Notes: a model not told the origin generated them from the sequence alone. Shown: positions 1-13,040, counted from the stretch's first letter. The stretch is DNA of 64,000 nucleotides from Octopus vulgaris (GCA_951406725.2 OX597840.1:19282001-19346000); one strand, 5' to 3'. Numbers and translations are program-made.

Positions 1-324
1 TTATATACAGTTACTATATCAAATGTATATATATGCACATGTGTGTATGTGTGTCTGTGTGTATTAATATGTATATGTATAGGTATACATACACGTGTCG
101 GATTTCAACGAATTTCTATTCCAGAGAATGAAACGGAATTGGCTTTTTCGTAATTCCAAGAAAATTAGGTTCACAGACATCTTGAAATGAAATCACTCAT
201 CAAGCCATTCTTGTATTCTTCGATTCTGATCTTTTTATCCATTTTAAAGAGCATTCTTCAACAATGGGATATCATTTCTATGACAGGGAACTGCAATAAC
301 CATGATTAATAACAGCATGAATAA

Positions 325-327
325 CAT

Positions 328-363
<36 letters not shown>

Positions 364-369
364 CATTGC

Positions 370-428
<59 letters not shown>

Positions 429-533
429 TTGATAAAAGAAGGAAGAACAGAAAAAAGATGGAGTAAGGAAGAAAGGAAAAAGAGATGAAGGGGAAATGAA
501 GCGGGAGTAGTAGCAGCTGTAGTAGTAGCAGCT

Positions 534-584
<51 letters not shown>

Positions 585-585
585 A

Positions 586-618
<33 letters not shown>

Positions 619-1250
619 CAGCATCAGCAATGGTGGCTGCAGCGACGGTGGTGGCTGCGGCGACGGTGGTGGCTGCGGCAACGGTGGTGGTTGCGGAGGT
701 GGCGGTGGTACAATGACAGTGGTGGCACAATATTAGTGGTGGCACTGCGGTAGTGGCGGCAGCGGTTGAGGCGACAGCGGAAGTGGAACCAGTGGTGGCA
801 CGACGGTGAGGCGGGGACGGTGGCAGGGTGGGGAGGTGGTGGCGGTAGGACAATAGTGAAGTTGGCACGACAGCGCAGCGGCAGTGGCTGTGGTGTTGAT
901 GGTGGTGGTGGTGGTGGTGGTGGTGGTGGTGGTGGTGGTGTTGGTTATGGTATTGGTGGTGGTGTTGGTGGTGGTTGCGGCGGTGGTGGTGGTGGTGGTG
1001 GTGGTGATGGTGTTGGTTATGGTATTGGTGGTGGTGTTGGTGGTGGTTGCGGCGGCGGTGGTGGTGGTGGTGGTGGTGATGGTGGCGGTGGTGGTGTTGG
1101 TGGTGGTGGTGGTGGTGGCGGCGGTGGTGGTGGTGGTGGTGGTGGTGGTGGTGGTGGTGGTGGTGGTGGTGGTGGTGGTGGTGGTGGTGGCGGTGGTGGT
1201 GGTGGTGGTGGTGGCGGCGGCGGTTGTGGTAATGGTGATTGTGTTTGCTG
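325..1250. repeat. Compound trinucleotide microsatellite block (CTA)n/(AAT)n/(TAG)n/(GGT)n
   Basis: Directly visible tandem triplets; source of the poly-L/T/G/V/P ORFs. Confidence 0.95.
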
Positions 1251-2074
1251 TCGTGGTAGATATAGTAGTAGACAAAAGAGAAAGAGAGAAAGAAAGAAAG
1301 GAAGAGAGAAGGAATAAGGGAAGACTATAAGACGTGAAAGGATGAATAAATTAGCTACTAATAAGTTTCGATGTAAAATAAACGAAATCAAAAACAACAA
1401 CAACAATGTCAGCAGCAACGAAAATGAAAATTTTTTTAAGGTTAATACCCCGTTCGGTTGCAACATGTGTAAAACTACTGCTAAACATTTCATTCACCTA
1501 AATATGTTTCCGGAACGTAATAGATTTATAATAGGAATACTGATAAATTTCGTTCCAATTTTGCGCATAAATCTGTTACTGGAAAACCAAATATAAATAA
1601 TTAAAATCTAAAGCTTTTATCAACATTTAATCTTTTTCCGTTTGTGCAATGGTTTTAACCTTACAAATTGCCATTTAAACAGTTTGTTTATCGATTTGGT
1701 AATTTGTTGTACGGAAACATATATTTAATGACTCGGTTTCCAAGGTGTTTATAGGGTTGACGGCAAATCAGTGCAACTTATGATATAATCAACACATCTA
1801 TGCATTCAGAAATCCTGAAGGATGTTTTAGTAACTATTTGTTGATATATTTTTACAAAAACTTATCTAAAGCTATGGGAGAAAAGAAAAAAGAGAAACAT
1901 TCATATATACATGCATGCATACATCTGTGAGTGTGCATGTATGCATGCATGTACGTACTAACTGTTTATATGTGTATGTGCATATATATATCTATATATT
2001 TATGTTTGCATATATATATATATATACACACTTTATTAATATTAGTATATATATATATATATATATACACTTTA

Positions 2075-2109
<35 letters not shown>

Positions 2110-2110
<1 letters not shown>

Positions 2111-2700
2111 TTATTAATAAAGCTGCGAAGACATCGCAAAAACTGTTACTCAGAGTTTCACTTTCCAGTTCATCTGACAGTTTAGGTTGAGAGTGGAACA
2201 AAATATGGTTATATGCATAAATATACAATTGCTTTGATAGATATACATTTGAAAATGGTTTTGTTTCATTGGTCCTTTCAACTTACAGTCTTTTCAAGAA
2301 CCGGTTATACGTAATTACAATTACGATTTAAAATCATATATAAAAATCGAAGAAAATCTTAAATCCCAAACTAGCTTTAGTAGAAAGAAAAGAACGCTGT
2401 ATACTCAGGGTAAATTAATTAATGGTAAAAATAACAAATTTAGGTAAATTAAAATGGTATGTCTGTTTAAAATAAAAACATTTACAAAAAACTAACATCA
2501 TAAAAATGCACATACATTTAGTTATACATACATATACCAAAACACCTATAAATACATATATACACTAAAAATACAACCGTTGGTACATGCCTACATATAT
2601 ATACAAACAAATATAGGCAAAACATAAATATATATAAATGCATATATAGGTATCCACTTACATATATATATATACATACATAATACTTCTCCGTGTGTGT
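2110..2700 (-). mobile_element. Penelope-like element terminal repeat (pLTR), 3' copy of the element whose ORF is at 4450-6555
   Basis: Closely similar to 6672-6880 and 54205-54680 (AAAACTGTTACTCAGAGTTTCAC...ACATTTGAAAATGGTTTTGTTTCATTGGTCC); same orientation as the PLE ORF. Confidence 0.7.
2140..2183 (-). ncRNA. Minimal type I hammerhead-like motif in pLTR (core CAGAUGA, mutated)
   Basis: Minus strand AAACUGU-CAGAUGA-ACUGGAAAGU-GAAAC-UCUGA-GUA-ACAGUUU; stem I perfectly paired. Confidence 0.55.
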
Positions 2701-2863
2701 TTCAAAGACACGACCTTCTTGTTTCAAGCTAGAGAAAGAAAACGAAACGAAGATAAGAGAATAATAAGTGGTGAGAAGAAGAAAAAAGAAGAAAAAAGAA
2801 GTGGCGCAAGAAACAAAGAGAATGAAAAAATTAGAAAGAGGAAGATGAAAAAGATGGATAGAT

Positions 2864-2907
<44 letters not shown>

Positions 2908-3089
2908 GGAGAAAGCGAAATGATATTGAAGCTTGCGTTCCTAAAATGTATCTAACAAATGTTGCAAACGCACGCATATAAAACCGCACACATTTAAAAA
3001 GACCAGCATGTCTACATAAATACATATATACAGGCAAAAGAAACACATATGTAGACATGCACACAAACTATACAATTAAAAAAACATAC

Positions 3090-3132
<43 letters not shown>

Positions 3133-3345
3133 AATGTGACCGCGCGTGTACCGGTGGCGATTTTTTTCCTCCGTCTTCGCTTCTCTGGATCTTTCCTTTT
3201 CCTATGTTTCTGATGAAGAGCTCCGCTCGAAACGTTAAACCCTCCTTCTTTCCTTCCTTCCTCAGCGTCCAATAATACGATAGTTTTGGTCCACGTCCTC
3301 GCGTTGTTGTGTTTTCTCTTTGTGTATTCAGGTTTGGATTAACTT
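3133..3345 (+). mobile_element. Short non-autonomous hammerhead-bearing repeat in (TA)n
   Basis: Second copy, inverted, at 52353-52533; carries the motif at 3206-3240. Confidence 0.75.
3206..3240 (+). ncRNA. Minimal type I hammerhead ribozyme, canonical core
   Basis: GUUU-CUGAUGA-A-GAGC(UCC)GCUC-GAAAC-GUU-AAAC; palindromic stem III region AACGUU. Confidence 0.85.
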
Positions 3346-3374
3346 TATATATATATGAATATGTATATGTATGC

Positions 3375-3434
<60 letters not shown>

Positions 3435-3550
3435 TGCAAACAACTTGCACATGCAAGTGCTACCAGTTAAAAGCTCCGCATATCGGAAGCTAGCAAGTGT
3501 ATGGGGTCATCAGGAGAGAATGCGCGCCGTATATACATATATATATATAC

Positions 3551-3675
<125 letters not shown>

Positions 3676-3935
3676 CTATAATGAATACACCAAACAGTAA
3701 ACGGTTGTCATTATTAGTACTCAGAGTTTCGAATGTCGGAGCGAAGAGCTACTGTACATTCTCGTCGGCAACAAACACTACGAAAAAAATCTTTAAATAT
3801 AAGGGAAGTAACTCTAATAGATAGAAAAAGAAAAATAGATAAAAAATATTTTAAAAAGGACATAAAACACCTACGTTCACAACGTCTGCATACGTACACA
3901 TGCACACAAAACATTACACACACACATACAAACAA

Positions 3936-3986
<51 letters not shown>

Positions 3987-4449
3987 TGTACATACTCCTA
4001 CATACACTCATACCCGTACACACACATGTATATATATATATATATATGTACGCAATCCTCATGTTTATATAGGTGCTTACATGCATACATGTAGCATAAC
4101 ACATATATATCTAAACGTATATTTATGCATACATATATGCACCATAACGTATATAGGCACACAAATATAATTAACAACTGTCTGGTGTATAGAATATTAA
4201 CATAAGAAAATTGTACACTAAATTAATATAATTTAATTAAATGTAATATAAATATATAAAAATTTGCAAAAATAACTTAAAATTTAAATATGAAAAATCG
4301 GTAAAAAGAAGTAAAAATTGAACCTTGGCAATTTTTTTATATTAAATTTCTAAACAATCGAAAGCTTTCTTAAAAGTTGAATGTAAAATATGAAGGTGAA
4401 ATATGTACCACAATTGTAATACAAAAAGATGTTTATATTTTAGTTGTAA

Positions 4450-6555
4450 AAGCCAATTCCATATGCGAAAGTCAAAAATTTTTTACCCATCCGGTCCTTT
4501 TTCAGTTGACACTTTTAACCTCGTAGCGTGCCTGCAGAAATTTAAAAGTTCAATGCATGTTTTTCCTGGAACGAGATGAAGAATTTTTCTGGTCTTCTTT
4601 AGGCTCCATGTTTATATGGTGCTGCTTTTTCCAAAATTGTCCAGCAAATATTCAAAGGACGGGTGTCATTTTCCTTCAGTTGCCAGACATGTTTTGCAAG
4701 ACTTGTTGCCGCTCTATTCTCGGGGTATCGGTGGGAACAAAACCTAGTCTTGAATGAATTTTCCGAAGCCCCTGTGTAAGTTTTATATTCTTGTGATCCA
4801 TCTATTTGTACTTTAGCTCTATAAACTATTCCTTTTTCAAGACATTTCCCTTCTAACGGATAACAAGTCTTATCTTTGAAATTGCAATTCTTCTGGTTAA
4901 ATTCGGCTCCGTGGTTGCTTGTAATGATTTTTGTCTTATGTTGATTAATAAAAGAGGCGGCGTTTTCGAAACAAGAATAGCTAGCCTTAGTGTTCTATTA
5001 ACAATTCTATAGAACTTATGGTTAATTTTAAAATGTTTCTAAACCAGTTTTAAGAATCCCCTAACTATATTTGTTTTTACGGCAATATTTGATGCCGGAT
5101 TGAACCACAAAACTTTCCTAGTTCTAGTTCTACGCGGTCTCATATTTCTAGGAGTAGTTTGACTATACTGGATCTTCTCCGAGAATCCACTAGGCCTTAA
5201 TGCATTATTATAATACGGCACGACATTTTGAAACGCTGTTTCGTCTGAAGATATGGATGATATGCGCCTTTTTATATTACTAACTAGTTTCTTAAGAATT
5301 ATGAGTGGATGATTAGACTCTTTGCTAATATAACAGAGCTTTTCATTGGACTTACGATAGGGTTTAGATTTATCTAATTGCAAATCTAAGTTGATGTCTA
5401 AACAATCTACGTTATTAAGGTTACTTTCTATCGTAATCCGTAGAAGAAAGTAATCAGATTCTTGCTAAGTTTATCTAACTCATAGCCATTTAAATTACAG
5501 GTGACTATAAGACCGTCATCCCTGTCTAATCCAGCATCTATGAAAGGGAATTCTAGATGTAGGTTATGCAAAATGTAAGTTCCCATAAGCGTACACAACT
5601 CCGCCCCATCATGTACCCCTTCGTTATTATTTAGTAGATGGGATCATCGTAAAAAGGAAGGGATTTCCTTGCATGCAGGATAATATCTAAATCCGATTTA
5701 TCGATGGTAACATACTGCTTGGTGAAGTCTAATGATTTAAGAAGTCAAGTCCTGGATATTGACGGGTAAAAATCGACAATATCGGACTGCGTAAATCTGC
5801 AGTTGTGTTTGTGGCTAATTCCTTTGAACCAATCTATCACTGACTTACTATTTCTCCAAATCCGTAAATTTAATTCTCTATTTAACTTGCTTAAAATGGA
5901 ATCTAAAATACTTTTGCTAATAATGCCTATTTCAGTTTTAGCTTGGTTAATTAGTCTACTTTTAAGGTTTCTATTGAAATTTGCTTTGAGGTCCTTCGGG
6001 GTAATAAAGGGTTGGCGTGGGGGGGGGGGTATTCTATCCTATCACTAACTTTAAGATTGTTAGCAATTCTTCTTGCTTCCAAATTCACCGCTTTATATAA
6101 ATTCGTGTTATCTTTTTTGTAGGTGTCTGTAATGCTATTCGAAAGTAGACGTTTATAGAAATATTTGTCAACTGTGTCTAGGTTTTTTGTCTTTTCGGAC
6201 TTTACAAAGATCTTATCCGAGTTTTTTCATGTTTCTAATTTTTTCTTTCATATTTCTCTGGAGCGGATTGTTGAATTCGCGGAATTTTAACCTTCTAATA
6301 AGCTCGAAAAGGTCTTTTTTAAAAAGCTTCTAGTTCCGAAACAGGTGGTGGGCTTTTAGAAGATTTAAGGCCATATTTGTTTCCATTAATTTATTGTTTC
6401 GTGTCAAAGAAGTAAGCTTTCCATCTCATTCTTCAGATAAAATCCTCCGTTTTTATCAATAAGACTTTTGAGGTATTGCTTGTGCGCCGCGATAGGTATG
6501 TTTGCTTTTTTTTCTTCTTTTTATGGAAAACTCCAATGGTGAGAGTTCCATTTCC
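4450..6555 (-). pseudogene. Decayed Penelope-like retroelement ORF (reverse transcriptase, Cys linker, GIY-YIG endonuclease)
   Basis: Frameshifted minus-strand motifs: NIPIAAHKQYLKSLIDK..RMRWKAYF, QSDIVDFYPSI, DGAELCTL, YISKESNHP, VLWFNP..VKTNI, NCNFKDKTCYPLEGKCLEKGIVYRAKV, YTGASENSFKTR. Confidence 0.9.
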
Positions 6556-6559
6556 TACT

Positions 6560-6880
6560 TGTAGAGAGTTGCTCGTACTTAAAAAGGGGCGGGTTACACC
6601 AGATTAAGCACTTAAATATGAAACAAGGTGGAAAAATAGTACTCGTATATTGGAGGGAGAGTAATATGCTCTATTAATAAAACTGCAAAGACATCACAAA
6701 AACTGTTACTCAGAGTTTCACGTTCTATTCTTCGGACAGTTTTAGTTGAAAATTGAACAAAATATGGTTATATGCAAAAATATACAATTACTTTGATAGA
6801 TACACATTTGAAAATAGTTTTGTTTCATTGGTCCTTTCAACTTAGGGTCTTTTCAATAACCAGTTATAGGAAATTACAAT
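6560..6880 (-). mobile_element. Penelope-like element 5' terminal repeat (pLTR)
   Basis: Directly upstream of the PLE ORF; matches 2110-2330 and 54135-54370. Confidence 0.75.
6699..6743 (-). ncRNA. Minimal hammerhead-like motif in pLTR (core CCGAAGA)
   Basis: AAAACUGU-CCGAAGA-AUAGAACGU-GAAAC-UCUGA-GUA-ACAGUUUU; 8-bp stem I. Confidence 0.6.
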
Positions 6881-6882
6881 GC

Positions 6883-7103
6883 TCTTTTTACTCTTTTACT
6901 TGTTTCAGCCATTTGACTGTGGCCATGCTGGAGCACCGCTTTTAGTCGGGAAAAACCTACCCCAGGACTTATTCTTTGTAAGCCCAGTACTTATTCTATC
7001 GGTCTCTTTTGCCGAACCGCTAAGTTACGGGGACGAGAACACACCAACCCGGAACCATGTGGCTGGTAAGCAAGCTACTTACCACACAGCCACTCCTACG
7101 CCT
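6883..7103 (-). mobile_element. tRNA-derived SINE family A, internally deleted copy
   Basis: 3' tail CTCCAGCATGGCC..GACTGAAACAAGTAAAAGAG and head GGCGTAGGAGTGGCTGTGTGGTAAG match the full copy at 59281-59697. Confidence 0.85.
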
Positions 7104-7117
7104 ATTACAATTTATTA

Positions 7118-7470
7118 TAAATAACACAGCGCGGCATTTTGAACGCTCTTTCCTCTAAAGATATGGTTGATATGCGCCTTCCTATATTACTAACTAGGTG
7201 GATGATTTGATTCCTTGTTAATATAAAATAGCTTTTCATGAATCCTCGTCCTTTTTAACTCATTTGGAATCATCGTAAAATAGGAAAGATTTACATGCAG
7301 GATAATATCTAAATCCGATTTATCGATGATGACATTCTGCTTGGCGAAGTCTAATGCTTTAAGAAGTAAAGTCCTGGATATTGACGGGTAAAAATCGACA
7401 ATATCGGACTGCGTAAATCTGCAGCTGTGTTTGTGGTTAATTCCTTTGAACCAATCTATAACTGACTTAT
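7118..7470 (-). mobile_element. Additional deleted Penelope-like RT fragment
   Basis: Near-duplicate of pieces of 5205-5345 and 5640-5850. Confidence 0.8.
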
Positions 7471-7777
7471 AATTAACCCTAAAGTCATGTTATGTGAGGT
7501 GAATATATATATATATATATATATACATATTTATTTAGCCACGTGATCTCTATAGGATTACGGCCGTTTCGAGACCATCTTCACGCAGTTTTAATTTCGG
7601 CATGGAAGACATATGTTTGCAATAATGTATATGCTCAGCTATATACAATTGTATATTCGTAAAATCAATGTAAATAAAGCTAGCTAGTCATAATAAGATT
7701 GCTTTTATTATAATTAAATATAAAAACAAACACACACACACACACACACACACATATATTGTATGGTTGTATTTTTT

Positions 7778-7995
7778 TTACTTGCTTCAGTTATAAGACA
7801 GCGGCCATGTTGTGACACCGCCCCGATGAATTTTAGTCGACGTTATCGACCCTAGTACTTAATTTTGTGTGTGTGTGTGTGTGTTTGTTTGGAGCCTGAT
7901 ACTTATTCTATCAGTCTCTTTTACCGAACCACTAAGTTACGGGCACGTAACACACAAACACACCAACGCCTGTTGTCAAGCGTTGGTGGGAGACG
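7778..7995 (-). mobile_element. SINE family A 3' half, diverged
   Basis: ACTTATTCTATCAGTCTCTTTTACCGAACCACTAAGTTACGGG matches the family tail. Confidence 0.7.
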
Positions 7996-8046
7996 ATCAC
8001 ATACCACGCACGCGCTCGCACGCACACGCATACAAACACATATACG

Positions 8047-8108
<62 letters not shown>

Positions 8109-8137
8109 ATATATATGTGTATATGTATATACATATG

Positions 8138-8196
<59 letters not shown>

Positions 8197-8559
8197 ATTA
8201 TATCTAGATATACATATACATTTGTGTGTATGTGTGTTTGTACATCAAGAGTATATTCCGAGTATTCTCATTTCTTCTATTCTAATTATCTTAGCTAATA
8301 TCGATTTTTTTTCCAATTCCCGTCAAAGCTACAACAAAGGCGACGGCAACAGCAACAAGAACAACATAAACAAAGCCAACAAAACCAACGACACCAGCAG
8401 CACCAGCAGCAGCCGCCGACGCCGCTAATTACCCGTGTATTCGAAGCGAGCATCCACCCATAACCGAACCACCGTCGACATTTGCCGCCAATAGAAATAG
8501 CAACCGGAAATAAGAGCGTCAGCTAACAATATGGATATCGTCATAAATACATCGTCCCT

Positions 8560-8645
8560 CGCCGCCGTCGTCATCGTCGTCGTCGTAGTCATCGTGGTCA
8601 GCATTGTTGTCGTCGCATCATTGTCATCATCATCATCATCATCAT

Positions 8646-8677
<32 letters not shown>

Positions 8678-9100
8678 ACATCATCATCATCATCAACATC
8701 ATTGTCATCGTCCTCATTATCATGACTCACTTTCATCACTATCGTCGTCGTCACCATCCTCATCATCATCATCATCATCGCCACCCACCCCCTCTTCCTC
8801 CTCCTCCTCCTCCTCCACATCATCGTGTCGTCGTCGTCGTCATCATCATCATCAACATGGTGTCGTTGTTATCATCATTACTATCATCATAATGATCATC
8901 AGTATCATCGTTATCAGCATCCTCCTTCTCCTCCTCCTCATCATCATCCTCATGATCAACAACACATACGAAGGATTTCAAATAAGCAATTTGTCAACTA
9001 CTACTACTACTACTACTACTACTACACTTCCTCCACTACTGCCACTGCTACCTCCGCTGCTGTTACTACAATTACTAATACTACTACTATTACACAAACA
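8560..9100. repeat. Compound (CGT)/(CAT)/(CCT)/(CTA) microsatellites
   Basis: Visible tandem triplets. Confidence 0.9.
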
Positions 9101-9344
9101 AAGACAATAACAAGAATAAGAACAACACGAATAGTATCAACATGAACGGCAGTAGCAACTTGATAGAATTTTACACATAACTTCATTTAGATTCCAAACA
9201 GGAATTAAGCGTGGTGGCCACCATGAATTCGTGAAGAACAATAAGAAGACCAATACGGACAGTGGACCAGTATAGTCTGCATGGCGCATTGTCTTGTAAC
9301 TAACTAACTAACTAACATATAAATGGTTTCCATTATTTGTTTGC

Positions 9345-10326
9345 ACGCCGGACAAAATGCTTAGCATCTTTTCGTTCATTTTTACGATCTGTGATCAAAT
9401 TCCTCCGATATCGACTTTGCCTTCCATCATTTCAATATCGATAAAATAAGCACCAATTGAACACTGGTCGATATAATTGACTTAGTCCTTCCCCAAAACT
9501 TGCTGGCCTTGCAGGTGGGGCCCAGTTAGAATTTTCTTCAGGTCAAGGAGCCCATCCCACTTATAAGGTCCCTAAATAAGGGTTGTTTAAGGGTAATGTT
9601 TCCAGAGGTGAATTATTCAAACCTCAAAGAATTCCTCTCAAAACATGGCTATGATGCTGTCCCACTACTGCTCATGATCAGCTTATATTGTCTGCCACCA
9701 AAAGACATGCTCAACTGGTTAAGGTCAAACAACTGACGACCAAATCTGTGGTATTGAGCAGAATATTTGCTGTAGCCCATCTTTTATACTAAGGCAAAAC
9801 ATGTACTTGATAATGTCTACCTTTCATTCCTTCGGGTCAATAAAAAAAGTACCAGTTGAGCACTGGGGTTCGATGTAATCTATTTATCCTAACCCCGAAA
9901 TTGCTGGCTTTGTGCCAAAATTTGAAACCATTATTATTACTATTATTATTATTTGAACTCAGACTTCTACGGAATTTGAACTTAGGACGCAAGGACGGAC
10001 GAAATGCCGATAAGCAATTTTCGCTGACATGGTAATGATTCTGTCAGGTCACCGTCTTAAGACATTTAACAATAACAACAAGATAAACAATAACAACATA
10101 AAGACAAACGAAACACCGTGAAGCCCTTTGCCCGGCTTGCTAACGTTTTTTGCCATCTCGCCCCCCACCCACCCACCCATGCTCAACTGGTGCTTAATTT
10201 ATTTATCCCGAAAGGGTGAAAAGCAAAGTCGATCCCAGTGGAATTTGAACTCAGAACGTAAAGACATACGAAATGCCGGTAAAACTTTTGCCCCGTGTAC
10301 TAACGATTCTGCCAGGTCACCGCCTT
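9345..10326. mobile_element. Cluster of SINE family B fragments (both strands) with an embedded family E repeat (9505-9815)
   Basis: Repeated GCCTTTCATCCTTTCGGGGTCGAT..AGTACCAG-like core; family E segment matches 36465-36800. Confidence 0.75.
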
Positions 10327-10338
10327 ATTAATAATAAT

Positions 10339-10860
10339 GGAGTGGTTGTATACAGTCAACTTAACGTGACAGTCCCGTAAGGGAATTACACCACCGCTGT
10401 TTAGCCCTAGGAAGCATCGACGCTTCCTGTCGGCCTTGACACATTCCCTGTGTCCTTATATATTTACGAAGGGGAGACAAACACCCCCAACAGCTAGGCC
10501 TGCATCTAGAGACATGCATGTTTCAGGGTTTTGCCCATCATCAGTCTAGAGTAGCAAGGCCTGCTAGCTGAAGATATTTGTCTAGACTTCGTAAATATAT
10601 ATATATATATTTTCAGTGAAGTTTATTCACTGATCACCAAAATCAGAAATATTAAATTTCTAAATATCTCATAGAGATATGTGGGGTGGAAATGTCATGG
10701 GTCAAGGCCGACAGGAAGCGTCGATGCTTCCTAGGGCTAAACAGCGGTAGTGTAATTCCCTTACGGGACTGTCACGTTAAGTTGACAGTATACAACCACT
10801 CTATCACTCCACCACCGCACATATCTCTATGAGATATTTAGAAATATAATATTTCTGATT
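10339..10860 (+). mobile_element. Non-autonomous DIRS-like element (left ITR, hairpin, ICR, right ITR, right extension)
   Basis: 10340-10440 is the reverse complement of 10701-10801; 10641-10683 is the reverse complement of terminal 10818-10860; no ORF; no clear TSD; sits in (AAT)n. Confidence 0.65.
10505..10550 (-). ncRNA. Type I hammerhead ribozyme, canonical core, GUC cleavage triplet
   Basis: UCUAGA-CUGAUGA-UGGG(CAAAA)CCCU-GAAAC-AUGCAU-GUC-UCUAGA; stem I continues through CAGCUAG/CUAGCUG (10491-10570). Confidence 0.9.
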
Positions 10861-11149
10861 AATAATAATATTTGCTTCAAATGTTGGTACAAGTGCAGCA
10901 GTTCTTGAAGGAAGGGTGCAAGTGGATTATATCGACCCCAGTATTTGTCTAATATCTTAATTTATCCACACTAAAAGGATAAAAGGGAAAGTTGGCTCTA
11001 GTAGGATTTGAACACAGAATGTAAAAAGTCGGTAGAAATACAGCTAGACATTTTGTCCAACGCTCTTTTTTGCTCTTTTATTCAACTAATCTCTCTAAGG
11101 TGGTGCTCCAGTATGGCCATAGTTCAATATTTTAAACAAGTAAAAGAGA

Positions 11150-12208
11150 ATATCAGAACGAGAAAACTGATGCCAATTCAAACATTCAATTCAGTTCCGT
11201 TGAAAACTTCTTCACCTGATCCAAGAACGAATTCCAATACTTATCTTAAATAAAAGAACGAGGTACGCATGGGAATGAAATCCTGCTATTTATACATATA
11301 AACCTACTTTCAGAACCAACTGCAGCCATTTAATAAGACTGCAGTGAAAGCAATTTCCATTTCCCTCATCGTCTGTTCGTCTCAAGAGTATACGTACCTC
11401 CAACAATTGAAGAATACAACAGAAAGAATGGTAATTTTAATAAAAGCTGCAACGGAAGTGAATTTTCCATTCTATTCTTCAGATTTCTAATTAATCTTCT
11501 TTCCAGTTCTTTAACCGAATAAATCTCCTTTATTATCTTCAAGCCGTTTCTTTGCATTGTATCTATCAATTTGTCCGTTGAGAATTCTTTGAACAAATGC
11601 TCTTCAATTTTGCTACGATAAGATACGAAACCTTACGTAGAATAAATCCTACATTTTGTACGCTTTCAAAAGAAATGGATTTACAATAATTAGAACAGAT
11701 TTGTTTTCACGGCTTTTTGGCGCACGTGACCTGCCACTTAGAGCAAGCAGTTGTAAAGATTCTTATTTGATTGCGTTAAACGTTTCCATTTACTCACCGA
11801 CTCTCTGAACTATCTTTAAAAATAAACGTGTATATGACATGCATGAAATATATACACCAAGCGTAAAATGACGCTAGCTGTAATAATTTGTTTCAGAAAA
11901 ACTTCTCTCAACGAGCTCACACAGAATGTTGTCGCTAGACCGGCAGACGCCAGTGTTTTAACTTGTTTTCCTCTCCTCAGAGATGTTCTGATCGTGTATT
12001 GCATTTTTGTTTTTACATGCCAGCTTTTCAACGTTTCGGACTTTGTACCCGCCAATCTTCTTCCGATGTCTGTCGTGTTCAATTACTTTTCCAGAATTTG
12101 AATCCAAAATTCACTCCACGAGGTTTGACTTTTATAGGTGCTTGAAGAAGGCTTGGGTCGTAAAACGGCGGAATCGTTTTGACGTTAAGAATGGAGATTA
12201 GAATACTA
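11150..12208 (-). mobile_element. Probable terminus (likely 5' end) of a (TACA)n-associated retroelement
   Basis: Starts sharply at (TACA)n with TAGTATTCTAATCTCCA, identical to a 17-bp stub in (TACA)n at 20435-20451; short broken ORFs follow. Confidence 0.4.
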
Positions 12209-12309
12209 TGTATGTATATATGTATGTATGTATGTATGAATGTATGTATGTATGTATGTATCTATGTATGTATGTGTGTATGTATGTATGTATTGTTGTT
12301 GTTGTTGTT

Positions 12310-12572
12310 TGTTCCTTCTCGAGCCACGCCTGGCACATTAGGGCCGGTTTCCAGGTTTCCTTAGCGTATAGGTTCCCCACCTGGACGGGACGCCGGTCCG
12401 TCGCAGGTGAGCAGCCAGATGCAGGAAGAAAGAGTGAAAGTTGTGGCGAAAGAGTCAGTAGAAGTTTGCAATTACCTTATGCCGGATCCGCGTGGAGCTT
12501 AGGTGTTTCGCTCATAAACACACACATCGCCCGGTCTGAGATTCGAACCGCGATCCGTCGACCGCGAGTCCG
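12310..12572 (-). mobile_element. tRNA-derived SINE (family D, related to 60693-60960)
   Basis: B-box GGTTCGAATC followed by AGACCGGGCG..GAGCGAAACACCTAAGCTCCACG shared with the 60693 copy. Confidence 0.75.
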
Positions 12573-12592
12573 GTATGTATGTATGCATGTAT

Positions 12593-12697
12593 GTAATTAT
12601 TCAGTTTTATTTCAAGATTTCTTGCCAATAGAGAAAGAGCCGGTTTCTAACCTAGATCCAAGGCTCCTTTACTGGAATTTCAACAACAACAACAGGG
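12593..12697 (-). mobile_element. 3' UTR fragment of an RLE-type LINE in (TACA)n
   Basis: Weak similarity to the sequence after the stop codon at 20994-21090. Confidence 0.45.
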
Positions 12698-12786
12698 TAT
12701 GTATGTATGTATGTATGTATGTATGTATGGATGAATGTATGTATGTATGTATGTATGTATGTATGTATGTATGTATGTATGTATGT

Positions 12787-13040
12787 ACCTTCCAGGAGAA
12801 GGTAACTCAGGTAACTGGGATAACTCCGACATAAAACCTGCGGCTCAGTGGTTACTGATGGTGTTGACTTGTTCTTCTTTTCGGATTATGGCTGCTGTTG
12901 CTTAGTGAGTGGGATTGACTCAGTGCACAGCCTTTCCTCACTTTAAAAAAAAGTATTCTTGCACAAGCATTGCACGATAACAACATTGATTAAGCTTCGT
13001 GCAATGGCCATACTCGATAACGAGGGGGCAGCCACCATGT
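12787..13040 (+). mobile_element. 5'-truncated copy of the non-coding repeat at 13138-13690
   Basis: Near-identical to 13445-13690; ends GGCAGCCACCATG then (TATG)n. Confidence 0.85.

Noticed and set aside
244-1493. Gly-, Thr-, Pro- and Leu-rich ORFs of 145-196 aa
   Set aside because: Pure trinucleotide repeats open in several frames on both strands; no complex coding sequence
10700-10750. Possible HDV-like ribozyme (hairpin followed by GGCUAA) in the ITR
   Set aside because: Could not identify the P1/P2/P3 nested pseudoknot by eye
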